Positions 19,984-32,511 are shown, counted from the stretch's first letter. The stretch is DNA of 64,000 nt from Sphingomonas sp. (GCA_049318505.1 JBMOGG010000001.1:53677-117676), one strand, 5' to 3'. The notes: generated by a model from the letters alone, not told the origin. Program-made: numbers and translations.

Positions 19984-21660
19984 TTATTCGCTCAGTGCTT
20001 CGCCTTTTCCGCGCGGATCGGCTGCCCCCACCCAACCGCCGGGCGTGCGCTGGATCGCGTTCAGCTTCGAACCGAGATCGGTTGCGACGACCATGCGGCC
20101 AAGGGCGGCCAGCTCGTTCGACATCGCCGACAATTTGGTGCCCTTTTCGACTAGGATAGCGTCGCCGCCGAAATAGATGTTTGGCAGGCCCAGCGCGTCG
20201 CGCGCCTGCAAGCCCCAGTCGAGCACGCCGACCAGGGACTTCATCACATGCATGATGATGCGCTTGCCGCCCGCCGAGCCGACCGCCAGCATGACCTTGC
20301 CATCGGGGCCATAGACGATCGTCGGCGACATCGACGAAAGCGGCCGCTTGCCCGCCGCCACGGCATTGGCCACCGGCGCGCCGTCCTTGACGGGGGCGAA
20401 GGTGAAATCGGTGAGTTCGTTGTTGAGGACAAACCCTTCGGCGATCAACTGGCTGCCGAATGGTCCCTCGACGGTCGACGTCATGCTGGCGACATTGCCG
20501 GCACTGTCGACGGCCACGAAATGCGTGGTGCCGGCGACCTCGGACGACAGCGCTGCCGTACGGGCCTCGGCACCCGGCGGGGTGCCGGCCTCATATTTCG
20601 GCAATGACGTCTTCTCCGAAATCAGGGCGGAGCGCGATTTGACATAGGCCGGGTCGAGCAGGCCGGCGACGGGCACTTTCACAAAGCCGGGGTCGCCGAG
20701 ATATTTCTCGCGGTCTGCATAGCCCAGCCCCATGGCTTCGGCGATCAGATGCCAGGCAACCGGACTGTCGGGACCCAGCGCCTTGATGTCGAAGCGTTCG
20801 ATCATGCCCAGCATCTGCAGTACGGTGGTCGCGCCCGACGAAGGCGGCCCCATGCCGCAGACCTTGTACTGGCGGTAAGGGCGGCAGACTGCGGCTCGAT
20901 CGACGGCCTTGTAGGCGGCGAGGTCTGCAGCCGTCAGTTGGGTGGCGTTGCGGGCAGAACCCGCGACCGCGGCGGTAATCGCGCGTGCGGTCTGGCCGGT
21001 GTAGAACGACCTTGCTCCCCCCTTGGCAATCCGGCGCAGCGTTGCCGCCAGCGCCGGGTTCCTGACTGTTTCGCCCTCCGCCTTGGGTCGGTCGCCGTTC
21101 CAGTAAATCGCGCGCGCAGCCGGAAAATCCTTCCATAACGGCGCCACCGTGCGCAGCAGCGACGCGGTCGGGGCGCTGACGGTGTAGCCTTCTTCGGCCA
21201 GCTTGATCGCAGGCGCGAACAGCTTGCCCCAGGCGAGCTTGCCCCAGCGCGCGTGGACGCGCTCCATCAGGCGGATGTTGCCGGGGACACCGACCGACTT
21301 GCCGCCGGGGAACGCCTCGATGAACGGCAAGGGCTTGCCATCGGGGCCGAGGAACAGTTCGGGCTTGGCGCTGGCGGGGGCCTTTTCACGGCCGTCGACA
21401 GTGGCGAGGCGGCCGGTCCTGGCGTCGTGATACAGGAAGAACCCGCCACCGCCGATGCCCGAAGACTGCGGCTCGACCACGGTCAGCGCGAGCATCATCG
21501 CCATCATGGCGTCCGCTGCACTGCCCCCGTCGCGCAGGATCTGTTGGCCGGCCTCGGCGGCGCGCGGATCAGCGGCGGATACCACGCCCCCGTCGGCAAG
21601 GACGGGCTGGGCGACGAAAAGGGCGATCAGCCCGATGAGTTTGCGGATCATGGCATGCAC
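19984..21660 (-). CDS. ggt: gamma-glutamyltransferase
   Basis: Signal peptide, autoprocessing site with Thr nucleophile (GTTHFVAVD) and a GGG motif. Confidence 0.92.
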   Translation of the reverse strand: MHAMIRKLIGLIALFVAQPVLADGGVVSAADPRAAEAGQQILRDGGSAADAMMAMMLALTVVEPQSSGIGGGGFFLYHDARTGRLATVDGREKAPASAKPELFLGPDGKPLPFIEAFPGGKSVGVPGNIRLMERVHARWGKLAWGKLFAPAIKLAEEGYTVSAPTASLLRTVAPLWKDFPAARAIYWNGDRPKAEGETVRNPALAATLRRIAKGGARSFYTGQTARAITAAVAGSARNATQLTAADLAAYKAVDRAAVCRPYRQYKVCGMGPPSSGATTVLQMLGMIERFDIKALGPDSPVAWHLIAEAMGLGYADREKYLGDPGFVKVPVAGLLDPAYVKSRSALISEKTSLPKYEAGTPPGAEARTAALSSEVAGTTHFVAVDSAGNVASMTSTVEGPFGSQLIAEGFVLNNELTDFTFAPVKDGAPVANAVAAGKRPLSSMSPTIVYGPDGKVMLAVGSAGGKRIIMHVMKSLVGVLDWGLQARDALGLPNIYFGGDAILVEKGTKLSAMSNELAALGRMVVATDLGSKLNAIQRTPGGWVGAADPRGKGEALSE

Positions 21661-21674
21661 CCTAGGGCCCCGGA

Positions 21675-22709
21675 CTAAACCGCGTCTACCCCCACCGCAT
21701 CGGCAACGCTGGCAAAACCGTCGAGCTTGAGCTGGCGAGTAAGGCCTTCGGCGATCCGGCGTACCAGCCCCGGGCCGTGATAGACCAGCGCGGAATAAAG
21801 CTGGACCAGCGAGGCGCCATTGCGGATTCGGGTATAGGCTTCCTCGGCACTGTCGATGCCGCCGGCCGCGATCAGGGGAATCGCGCCGCCTGTCGCCCGC
21901 CTGAAATCGCGGAGGCGCTCATAGGCATGGCCGCGCAACGGCACGCCCGACAGACCTCCTGCCTGTGTCTTGTGCGGGGAGCGCAAATTGTCGAAGCGCA
22001 TGATCGTCGTGTTGGACACGATCAGCGCATCGACGTGGCCCGACGCCGCTTTGACGACGCCGTCGATATCGACCGGGGTCAGATCGGGCGCGACTTTGAG
22101 AAAAACCGGCGGCCCGTCAGCGACCCGCGCCTGCGCAATGGCTCCCAGCAATTCTGTCAGCGGCCCCAGATCCTGTAGCCCCCGCAAGCCGGGCGTGTTC
22201 GGGGAGGAAATGTTGACCGTCAGATAGTCCGCCACCCCCGACAACTTCCGCACGCCCGCAACATAATCCCCAATCCGGTCCGATGCGTCCTTATTTGCCC
22301 CGATATTGACGCCAACGACACCCCGCCGCCTCCGCCGTCCCAATCGCACCAGTGCCGCCGCTTGCCCCTGATTGTTGAAGCCCATCCGGTTGATCACCGC
22401 TTCGTCCTCGACCAGGCGGAAAAGGCGTGGCTTTGGGTTCCCCTCCTGAGGCAACGGGGTAAGCGTGCCGACTTCGACAAAGCCAAAGCCCAGCCCCAGC
22501 ATGGCATCGGGTACCTCGGCATCCTTGTCGAACCCGGCGGCAAGCCCGACCGGCGACGGAAAATCCAGGCCGGCCACGCGCGTCGCCAGAACAGGATCAT
22601 GTACGGCGGTTTGACGAGGCGCGATTTTCAGTGCGGCAAGCGTCATGCTGTGGGCGCGCTCGGGGTCGAGGCGGAACAGGGCGGGGCGGGCGAGATCGAA
22701 CAATGTCAT
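21675..22709 (-). CDS. pyrD: dihydroorotate dehydrogenase (quinone), class 2
   Basis: The PyrD N-terminus MTLFDLARPALFRLDPERAH begins at the ATG at 22709. The longer ORF to 22964 has no PyrD-like sequence. Confidence 0.92.
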   Translation of the reverse strand: MTLFDLARPALFRLDPERAHSMTLAALKIAPRQTAVHDPVLATRVAGLDFPSPVGLAAGFDKDAEVPDAMLGLGFGFVEVGTLTPLPQEGNPKPRLFRLVEDEAVINRMGFNNQGQAAALVRLGRRRRRGVVGVNIGANKDASDRIGDYVAGVRKLSGVADYLTVNISSPNTPGLRGLQDLGPLTELLGAIAQARVADGPPVFLKVAPDLTPVDIDGVVKAASGHVDALIVSNTTIMRFDNLRSPHKTQAGGLSGVPLRGHAYERLRDFRRATGGAIPLIAAGGIDSAEEAYTRIRNGASLVQLYSALVYHGPGLVRRIAEGLTRQLKLDGFASVADAVGVDAV

Positions 22710-22876
22710 GGCGTTGCGGCTATCGCCCGTGCGCTGATTGGTCAAAACCGGGACACAGTCATCAAATTTTTGACTTATGTCGTTTCCGTCCAATACGGTT
22801 CCTTGGCGTTCGACTACAAGCGGTCCTGCGACCCGAAGGGCTTCGTATGGTTGATCCATATGAAAACCTTTAACTG

Positions 22877-22917
22877 GCGGTCCGGACGAGCAATCGCCCG
22901 GACCGCTTTTCTTTTTG
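22877..22917 (+). terminator. intrinsic terminator, plus strand, with no plus-strand gene upstream
   Basis: 9-bp GC stem gcggtccgg (22877-85) / ccggaccgc (22898-906), a 12-nt loop, then ttttcttttt. Confidence 0.65.
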
Positions 22918-22968
22918 TCCCTAATGCCATAGCATGAGCCACAATGCGGGGTGATAACGGGCACAAAA

Positions 22969-23835
22969 ATGGGTGATGCTGTGCAGTCGGCGAGCGCAGT
23001 GACGCTCGACTACGCCGTGCCGCCCGAGCATCTCCGCACCTATCTTTCGGTATTCTATGAGCTCAAGGCCGACGTGCCGCTCTGGGAAGATACCGATCGC
23101 GCCGATCTTGCCCAACTCCGCGTCAATCTGATGGGACGCGGAGAATACCGATTCGCCGACGGCCATGTGCAGCGCGCGCCCGAGATCCAGATCGTGGGAC
23201 CGACCACCGGTCCGGTCGATATCAAGGTCTGGGGCCCCAGTCACTTGTTCGGCTGCGGTTTGCTACCCGCGGGCTGGGCAAGCCTGTTCGATTTCGAAGC
23301 GTCGCTCCTGGTAAACCGGGCGATCGATGCGCGCGAATTATTTGGGGCAGAGCTTCGCGGCGTACCTGAAGCGCTGCGCGCGGCGTCGACCCTCGACGAG
23401 CGCGTGGGAATCGGGACGAAGTTCGCCGACCTCCTCATCGGGCGCGGCAAGTCGGCGGCGTTCGATTTCACGCGGATCGTCGACGACTGGCTCGATTCGC
23501 ACCCCTCGCCCGATGTCGACACGCTCATCTTGGCAACCGGCCTGTCGCGCCGCCAAGTCGAGCGGCGCTGTAATGCCTATTACGGGTCGCCGCCCAAGTT
23601 GCTGTCGCGCAAGTATCGCGCGCTGAAGGCAGCGATTTCGCTCGCCAAGGGAGAGGTCGGCGCCCAGGAGTTGCTGGCTGGCGGCTTCTACGACCAGTCG
23701 CATTTCATCCGCGAGATCAAGGCGTTTACTGGCGTTACTCCGACCCGTGTTGCCGAAGATCTGCCGACGCTGGCCACGCTGACGCTCAAGCGCACCGAGT
23801 TCGAAGGGGTGGCACCGCTCGTCAAGAAGACGTGA
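22969..23835 (+). CDS. AraC family transcriptional regulator
   Basis: C-terminal AraC HTH (YDQSHFIREIKAFTGVTP). The ATG at 22969 is preferred over the GTG at 22951. Confidence 0.85.
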   Translation: MGDAVQSASAVTLDYAVPPEHLRTYLSVFYELKADVPLWEDTDRADLAQLRVNLMGRGEYRFADGHVQRAPEIQIVGPTTGPVDIKVWGPSHLFGCGLLPAGWASLFDFEASLLVNRAIDARELFGAELRGVPEALRAASTLDERVGIGTKFADLLIGRGKSAAFDFTRIVDDWLDSHPSPDVDTLILATGLSRRQVERRCNAYYGSPPKLLSRKYRALKAAISLAKGEVGAQELLAGGFYDQSHFIREIKAFTGVTPTRVAEDLPTLATLTLKRTEFEGVAPLVKKT

Positions 23836-23838
23836 CAT

Positions 23839-23867
23839 TTCAATCGGAGTGATTATATCCGATTGAA
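23839..23867. promoter_or_regulatory. perfect 10-bp inverted repeat abutting the Rrf2 start codon (candidate operator)
   Basis: ttcaatcgga-N9-tccgattgaa ends 2 nt before the ATG at 23870. Confidence 0.55.
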
Positions 23868-23869
23868 CC

Positions 23870-24291
23870 ATGAGACTCACCGCCCAAGCCGATTATGCCG
23901 TCGTGATGATGAGCGCAGCCGCCCGTCACGGCTGCGGCGCGCGACTTTCGGCGACCTTGCTGAGCGAGGAAACAGGCGTTCCACTGCCGACCGCGCAGAA
24001 GCTGATGCAGCGGCTGGCAGGCGCGGGGCTGCTGTCCTCGCTGCGCGGGACAGGTGGCGGGTTCAAGTTGACGCGCCCGGCCGCCGCCATTTCGCTTGCC
24101 GACATCATCGAAGCCATCGAAGGCCCTATTGCCATGACCACCTGCGTCGACCCCAGAGTAGGCGCGGGGCACCGCGACGATTGCGCGCTGGAAGGGGCGT
24201 GCCAGACCAAGCCGCACTGGAGCGCCGTCAACGGCGCCGTGCGTGGCGCCCTTGCGGCAGTCCCGCTGACCCGATTGGCGGAGACGACGGC

Positions 24292-24295
<4 letters not shown>
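23870..24295 (+). CDS. Rrf2 family transcriptional regulator (SUF/IscR-type, three conserved Cys)
   Basis: N-terminal w[14 protein letters not shown] and a Cys cluster TTCVD...[13 protein letters not shown] overlap with sufB at 24292-24295. Confidence 0.9.
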
Positions 24296-25776
<1,481 letters not shown>

Positions 25777-25786
25777 CATCGAAGGC

Positions 25787-26059
25787 ATGACTGTCAACGA
25801 GCGGCTCGTCCCACATGGTTTGCTCGAGGCTTACGAGGAGGCGACGAGCGAAGGGCGCCTTGGCAAAATCAATGCCGTTTTGGTCAAAGTCGATCTTCGG
25901 CAAACCGTCACGGCCCTTACGGCCGCTCATCCCGAACGAAAAGCAAGGCGTTCCAACACCCATCCGTCGCTGAAAGAAATTGAAAATTATCAGGAATGGC
26001 AGATGCGGCTTGATCAGATTGAAAGCCAATATTGCGCAAAATGCCCGAAAGTGAACTAA
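25787..26059 (+). CDS. hypothetical protein (90 aa) inserted between sufB and sufC
   Basis: ORF is open through a visibly lower-GC stretch. Its TAA overlaps the sufC ATG (TAATG at 26057-26061). I recognise no domain. Confidence 0.5.
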   Translation: MTVNERLVPHGLLEAYEEATSEGRLGKINAVLVKVDLRQTVTALTAAHPERKARRSNTHPSLKEIENYQEWQMRLDQIESQYCAKCPKVN

Positions 26060-26802
26060 TGCTTCAAATCAGTAACCTCCACGCCGCCGTTGGTGACAAG
26101 CCGATCCTGAAGGGGCTGACGCTGTCGCTCAACCCGGGCGAGATCCATGCGATCATGGGGCCGAACGGGGCGGGGAAGTCGACGCTGGGTTATGTGCTGG
26201 CCGGGCGGCCGGGGTATGAGACCACCGGGGGATCGGTGACCTTCAACGGGCAGGACCTCCTCGCCCTCGCTCCGCACGAACGCGCCGCCACAGGCCTGTT
26301 CCTCGGTTTCCAATACCCCGTCGAAATCCCCGGCGTGTCGAACGTCCAGTTCCTGCGCGAGGCGCTCAATGCGCAGCGCAAGCAGCGTGGCGAGGCGCCG
26401 CTTTCCGGTGCCGAATTCCTGAAGATCGCGCGCGCACAGGCCGATGCGATGGGCATGGACATGGACATGCTCAAGCGCCCGGTGAACGTCGGCTTTTCGG
26501 GCGGTGAGAAGAAGCGCAATGAGATGGTGCAGATGGGCATCATCGACCCCGCGCTTGCGATCCTCGACGAGACCGACAGCGGCCTCGACATCGATGCGCT
26601 GCGTGTCGTCGGCGACGGCATCAACCGCATCATGCGCAAACCCGACAAGGCGGTGCTGTTGATCACCCATTACCAGCGCCTGCTCGATTACGTCCGTCCC
26701 GATTTCGTCCATGTGCTGGCCGACGGCCGCATCACCCGCACTGGCGGTCCCGAACTCGCGCTCGAACTGGAGCGCGAGGGCTATCGGGAAATGGCCGCGT
26801 GA
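26059..26802 (+). CDS. sufC: Fe-S cluster assembly ATPase SufC
   Basis: MLQISNLHAAVGDKPILKGL aligns with the SufC N-terminus. Walker A GPNGAGKST. Confidence 0.95.
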   Translation: MLQISNLHAAVGDKPILKGLTLSLNPGEIHAIMGPNGAGKSTLGYVLAGRPGYETTGGSVTFNGQDLLALAPHERAATGLFLGFQYPVEIPGVSNVQFLREALNAQRKQRGEAPLSGAEFLKIARAQADAMGMDMDMLKRPVNVGFSGGEKKRNEMVQMGIIDPALAILDETDSGLDIDALRVVGDGINRIMRKPDKAVLLITHYQRLLDYVRPDFVHVLADGRITRTGGPELALELEREGYREMAA

Positions 26803-27335
26803 GCTTTACGGTGCGCCCTTATGCGCCTGAGGATGCGCCCGCGCTGACCGAGTTGCTGAACGCGGTCATCGCAAAAGGCGGCACGACCGCACTGCAAACG
26901 CCGTTTAGCTCCGAAGTGCTGGCACAGACCTATCTCGACGGTCCCAATGTCCATATCTGCCTTATCGCAGTCGATGCGGCGACGAACCGGATCGAAGGGT
27001 TCCAGACTTTGGGCCGCTGCCCGGCGCTTCCCGACGACATCGGTGATATTGGGACCTTCGTGCACGTCGGCGGGGCCAAGCGCGGCGCCGGCTCGGCGCT
27101 TTTCGCAGCGATGGTCGAAGCAGCCCGCGCACATGGCCTGTCGGAGATCAACGCCACGATCCGCGCCGACAATCGAGGCGGCCTCGCCTTCTATGCCAAG
27201 CAGGGTTTCGTCGACCACTCGGTGGCCGCAGCGGTGCCGCTGGACGACGGCACGCCGGTCGACCGTTTGCGCAAGCGCTTCGCGCTGACAGCCGCCAATG
27301 AGACACACCGCTTCCACGACCGGGTGTCGGCATGA
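26799..27335 (+). CDS. GNAT family N-acetyltransferase embedded in the suf operon
   Basis: GNAT fold motifs (GAGSALF...A, AFYAKQGF). GTGA overlap with sufC and ATGA overlap with sufD. Confidence 0.8.
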   Translation: MSFTVRPYAPEDAPALTELLNAVIAKGGTTALQTPFSSEVLAQTYLDGPNVHICLIAVDAATNRIEGFQTLGRCPALPDDIGDIGTFVHVGGAKRGAGSALFAAMVEAARAHGLSEINATIRADNRGGLAFYAKQGFVDHSVAAAVPLDDGTPVDRLRKRFALTAANETHRFHDRVSA

Positions 27336-28063
27336 CCAGTCTGAGCGTCCTTCCCACGCGCAAGGATGAAAGCTGGCGCTACAGCGATTTGGAGGTTGTC
27401 GCACGCTTGTGGCCGATTCCGGCGCCCATCGAAATCGCGGTCGCGGCAGGCGAAAGCGCGACACGGCATCTGATTGCAAGCAGCGGCATCCATGATTTCG
27501 CGATCACGCTTCAGCCCGGCGCGCGGATCGAGTTTCATGTGCTCAACGCAGGCGCCGGCTACGCGCGCATCGCCATCGATGTGACGCTGCACGACGGCGC
27601 ACATTTCGAATTCGGCGCTGTGCAGGTCGGCGCCGTCGAGGCGAATTTGGAGATCGTCACGACCGTGCGCCACATCGAACCGAATGCGACGAGCAATCAG
27701 GTCATTCGCTCGGTGCTCGGTGGCTCGGCGACCGGCAGTTACCTTGGCAAGGTCGCGGTGGCGCGCGATGCGCAGAAGACCAATAGCGTCCAGTCGGTCA
27801 AGGCCATGCTGCTTAGCCGCACTGCGACGGCCAATTCGAAGCCCGAACTCGAAATTTACGCCGACGACGTTAAGTGCGCGCATGGCGCGACGGTAGGCGA
27901 ACTCGACAGACAAGCGCTCTTCTACCTCGCGGCGCGCGGGATTCCGCCGGTCGAGGCGCAGACGTTGCTGCTGCAGGCCTTCGTCAGCGAGGTTTATGCC
28001 GGGGCCGAGGCGCAGGACGAGCTCGAAGCGGCGGCTTTGGCGGCATTGGGGAGGGTTTCGTGA
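27332..28063 (+). CDS. sufD: Fe-S cluster assembly protein SufD (short form)
   Basis: PTRKDESWRYSDL N-terminus and a C-terminal beta-helix region (ELEIYADDVKCAHGATVGELD). Confidence 0.88.
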   Translation: MTSLSVLPTRKDESWRYSDLEVVARLWPIPAPIEIAVAAGESATRHLIASSGIHDFAITLQPGARIEFHVLNAGAGYARIAIDVTLHDGAHFEFGAVQVGAVEANLEIVTTVRHIEPNATSNQVIRSVLGGSATGSYLGKVAVARDAQKTNSVQSVKAMLLSRTATANSKPELEIYADDVKCAHGATVGELDRQALFYLAARGIPPVEAQTLLLQAFVSEVYAGAEAQDELEAAALAALGRVS

Positions 28064-28076
28064 CGGCAGCGCGCAG

Positions 28077-28131
28077 CCCCTCTCCCCTTGCGGGAGAGCG
28101 CGACACGCGGCAAGCGCGGCAGGGAGAGGGG
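28077..28131. repeat. REP/RIME-like GC-rich hairpin element between sufD and sufS
   Basis: Arms cccctctccc (28077-86) and gggagagggg (28122-31), plus an inner copy gggagag at 28092-98. Confidence 0.6.
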
Positions 28132-28248
28132 TCGGCCGGAGTCTCTGCGTCGGATGCGACACTCTTGCCTGCCGCCCCCTCTCTCGCTGCGACTAGCCAG
28201 CAAGCCGCCACGTCTCGCGACCTCACTTGCGAGGGGGGAGGTGCTGTA

Positions 28249-29424
28249 ATGCTCGACCACCGCGCCGACTTCCCCGGCCTCTTCGACAAGAATGGGGGGA
28301 CATGGCATTATCTCGATACGGCCGCCACGGCGCAAAAGCCAAGGCAAGTGATCGACGCCATCGCACGCGCCTATGGCCCTGATTACGCGACCGTCCACCG
28401 CGGTGTCTACGCGCGCTCGGCGGACATGACGCTGGCCTATGAGGCAGCACGTCGCCGCGTCGCGCGCTTCATCGGGGCGCGATCCGAAAACGAGGTTGTT
28501 TTCGTGCGCGGCGCGACCGAGGCGATCAACCTCGTTGCGCAGAGCTACCCGCAAAAAGGCCGGGTGCTGCTCAGCCAGCTCGAGCATCATTCGAACATCG
28601 TGCCGTGGCAGCTCGCGGGCTGGCAGATCGACGTCTGCCCGCTGACGCCCGACGGCCAGATCGACCTCAATGCTGCCGAGGCCATGCTGACGCCCGAACA
28701 CACGATGGTTGCCTTCGCACATGTCTCAAACGTGCTCGGCTCGGTCGTCGATGCGCAGCGCGCGGCATCTCTCGCCCATGCTGTGGGGGCAAAACTGCTG
28801 CTCGATGGGTGTCAGGCTGTCCCGAGGCTGGCGGTCAACGTCGTCGATCTCGACTGCGACTTCTACGCCTTTTCGGGCCACAAGCTCTACGGACCGACCG
28901 GCATCGGGGTGCTGTGGGGGCGTGCCGAAATGCTCGATGCGATGCCGCCGATGCATGGTGGCGGCGCAATGATCGACCGGGTGACGTTTGCGCGGACGAC
29001 CTATGCCCCTGCACCCGGACGTTTCGAGGCGGGGACACCGCATATCGTTGGGGTGGTCGGGCTGGCTGCGGCCATCGACTATGTCGATGCGATCGGGCTC
29101 GAGGCTATTCATGCCCACGAAACCGCGCTGGTCGCCCAATGCCGCGACGCGTTGCGGTCGATGAACTCGGTCACGCTCTATGGTCCTGAGGAAGCGGCGG
29201 GTATCGTCAGTTTCAACGTCGAAGGGGTGCACCCGCACGACGTCGGCACCATATTGGATGAGGAAGGCGTAGCGGTGCGCGCCGGGCATCATTGCGGGCA
29301 GCCGCTGATGGACTGGTTGGGCGTGGACGCCACCGCGCGCGCCAGCTTTGGCATTTACAACGGACCCGACGACATTGCCGCGCTGGTCCGGGGGCTTGAA
29401 CGGGTAAGGAAACTGTTCGGATGA
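28249..29424 (+). CDS. sufS: cysteine desulfurase SufS
   Basis: ADFPGL...YLDTAATAQKP N-terminus, PLP-lysine region FSGHKLYGPTG, and C-terminal RAGHHC active-site Cys. RBS GAGGGGGGAGG precedes the ATG at 28249. Confidence 0.92.
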   Translation: MLDHRADFPGLFDKNGGTWHYLDTAATAQKPRQVIDAIARAYGPDYATVHRGVYARSADMTLAYEAARRRVARFIGARSENEVVFVRGATEAINLVAQSYPQKGRVLLSQLEHHSNIVPWQLAGWQIDVCPLTPDGQIDLNAAEAMLTPEHTMVAFAHVSNVLGSVVDAQRAASLAHAVGAKLLLDGCQAVPRLAVNVVDLDCDFYAFSGHKLYGPTGIGVLWGRAEMLDAMPPMHGGGAMIDRVTFARTTYAPAPGRFEAGTPHIVGVVGLAAAIDYVDAIGLEAIHAHETALVAQCRDALRSMNSVTLYGPEEAAGIVSFNVEGVHPHDVGTILDEEGVAVRAGHHCGQPLMDWLGVDATARASFGIYNGPDDIAALVRGLERVRKLFG

Positions 29425-29888
29425 AGATCGAGGAAGTGACGAGCGTAGAGGCGCCGCCGAAAGTGCGGGTGCAGGACATGGACCAGGACATGGAGGACGC
29501 CGCGCGCGACACGCAGGAGCGCAAGCGCGACTATCTCGACGGGTTCCTGAAGGCCGAACCCCTGAAACTTGCCGAGGGCGAGCCGGGCGGCGACCTGTAT
29601 GAGGCCGTCATCGCCGCGCTCAAGGACATTTACGACCCCGAAATCCCAGTCAACATCTATGACCTGGGCCTGATCTACGGTGTCGAGGTCGACCAAGGCC
29701 ATGTGCACGTCAATATGACGCTGACGACCCCGCATTGCCCGGTCGCCGAAACCATGCCCACCGAAGTCGAACTGCGCGTCGGCAGTGTGCCAGGCGTAGG
29801 CGTCGTCGACGTCAATCTCGTCTGGGATCCGCCGTGGGACCCAGGCAAGATGACCGACGAAGCGCGGCTCGAACTGGGGATGCTGTAA
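29421..29888 (+). CDS. sufT: SUF system Fe-S assembly protein, DUF59/SufT-like
   Basis: DUF59 core (IYDPEIPVNIYDLGLIY...TLTTPHCP). ATGA overlap with sufS. Confidence 0.85.
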   Translation: MKIEEVTSVEAPPKVRVQDMDQDMEDAARDTQERKRDYLDGFLKAEPLKLAEGEPGGDLYEAVIAALKDIYDPEIPVNIYDLGLIYGVEVDQGHVHVNMTLTTPHCPVAETMPTEVELRVGSVPGVGVVDVNLVWDPPWDPGKMTDEARLELGML

Positions 29889-30243
29889 TGAGCGTGGAGA
29901 CCAAGACCCGCGCCCGCCCCGCTGCGCTGCTGCTGACGTCGGGTGCCGAGGCACGCATTGCGGACCTGATGGCAAAGGCGCCTGTCGATGCCGTCGGCGT
30001 CAAGCTCTCGACACCGCGGCGCGGCTGTTCGGGCCTGGCCTATTCGGTCGATTATGTGAGCGCCGCGAGCCCGATGGATGAGAGGATCGAGACGGCGGGT
30101 GGCACGCTCTACGTCGACGGCGCGTCGGTACTTTACCTTATTGGCAGCCGCATGGACTGGGTCGAGGACGACTTCACCGCCGGCTTCGTGTTCGAAAACC
30201 CCAATGCCAAGGGTGCCTGCGGCTGCGGCGAAAGCTTTACCGT

Positions 30244-30247
<4 letters not shown>
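29888..30247 (+). CDS. sufA: A-type Fe-S cluster carrier (HesB/IscA/SufA family)
   Basis: GCSG...C-terminal CGCGESF motif. TAATG overlap with sufT. Confidence 0.88.

Positions 30248-32511
<2,264 letters not shown>

Noticed and set aside
22847-22873. Eight-codon mini-ORF MVDPYENL as a stand-alone gene.
   Set aside because: It is too short to support as a gene. It is kept only as a possible leader-peptide detail within the orphan-terminator finding.
22710-22964. N-terminal extensions of the longest ORFs: pyrD to 22964, sdaA from 40777, sufB from 23863, sufS from 27874, MlaD to 9002, and others.
   Set aside because: The family-typical N-termini begin at internal ATGs that have RBS or start-stop coupling. 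The extensions overlap neighbouring genes or intergenic repeats and show no family similarity.
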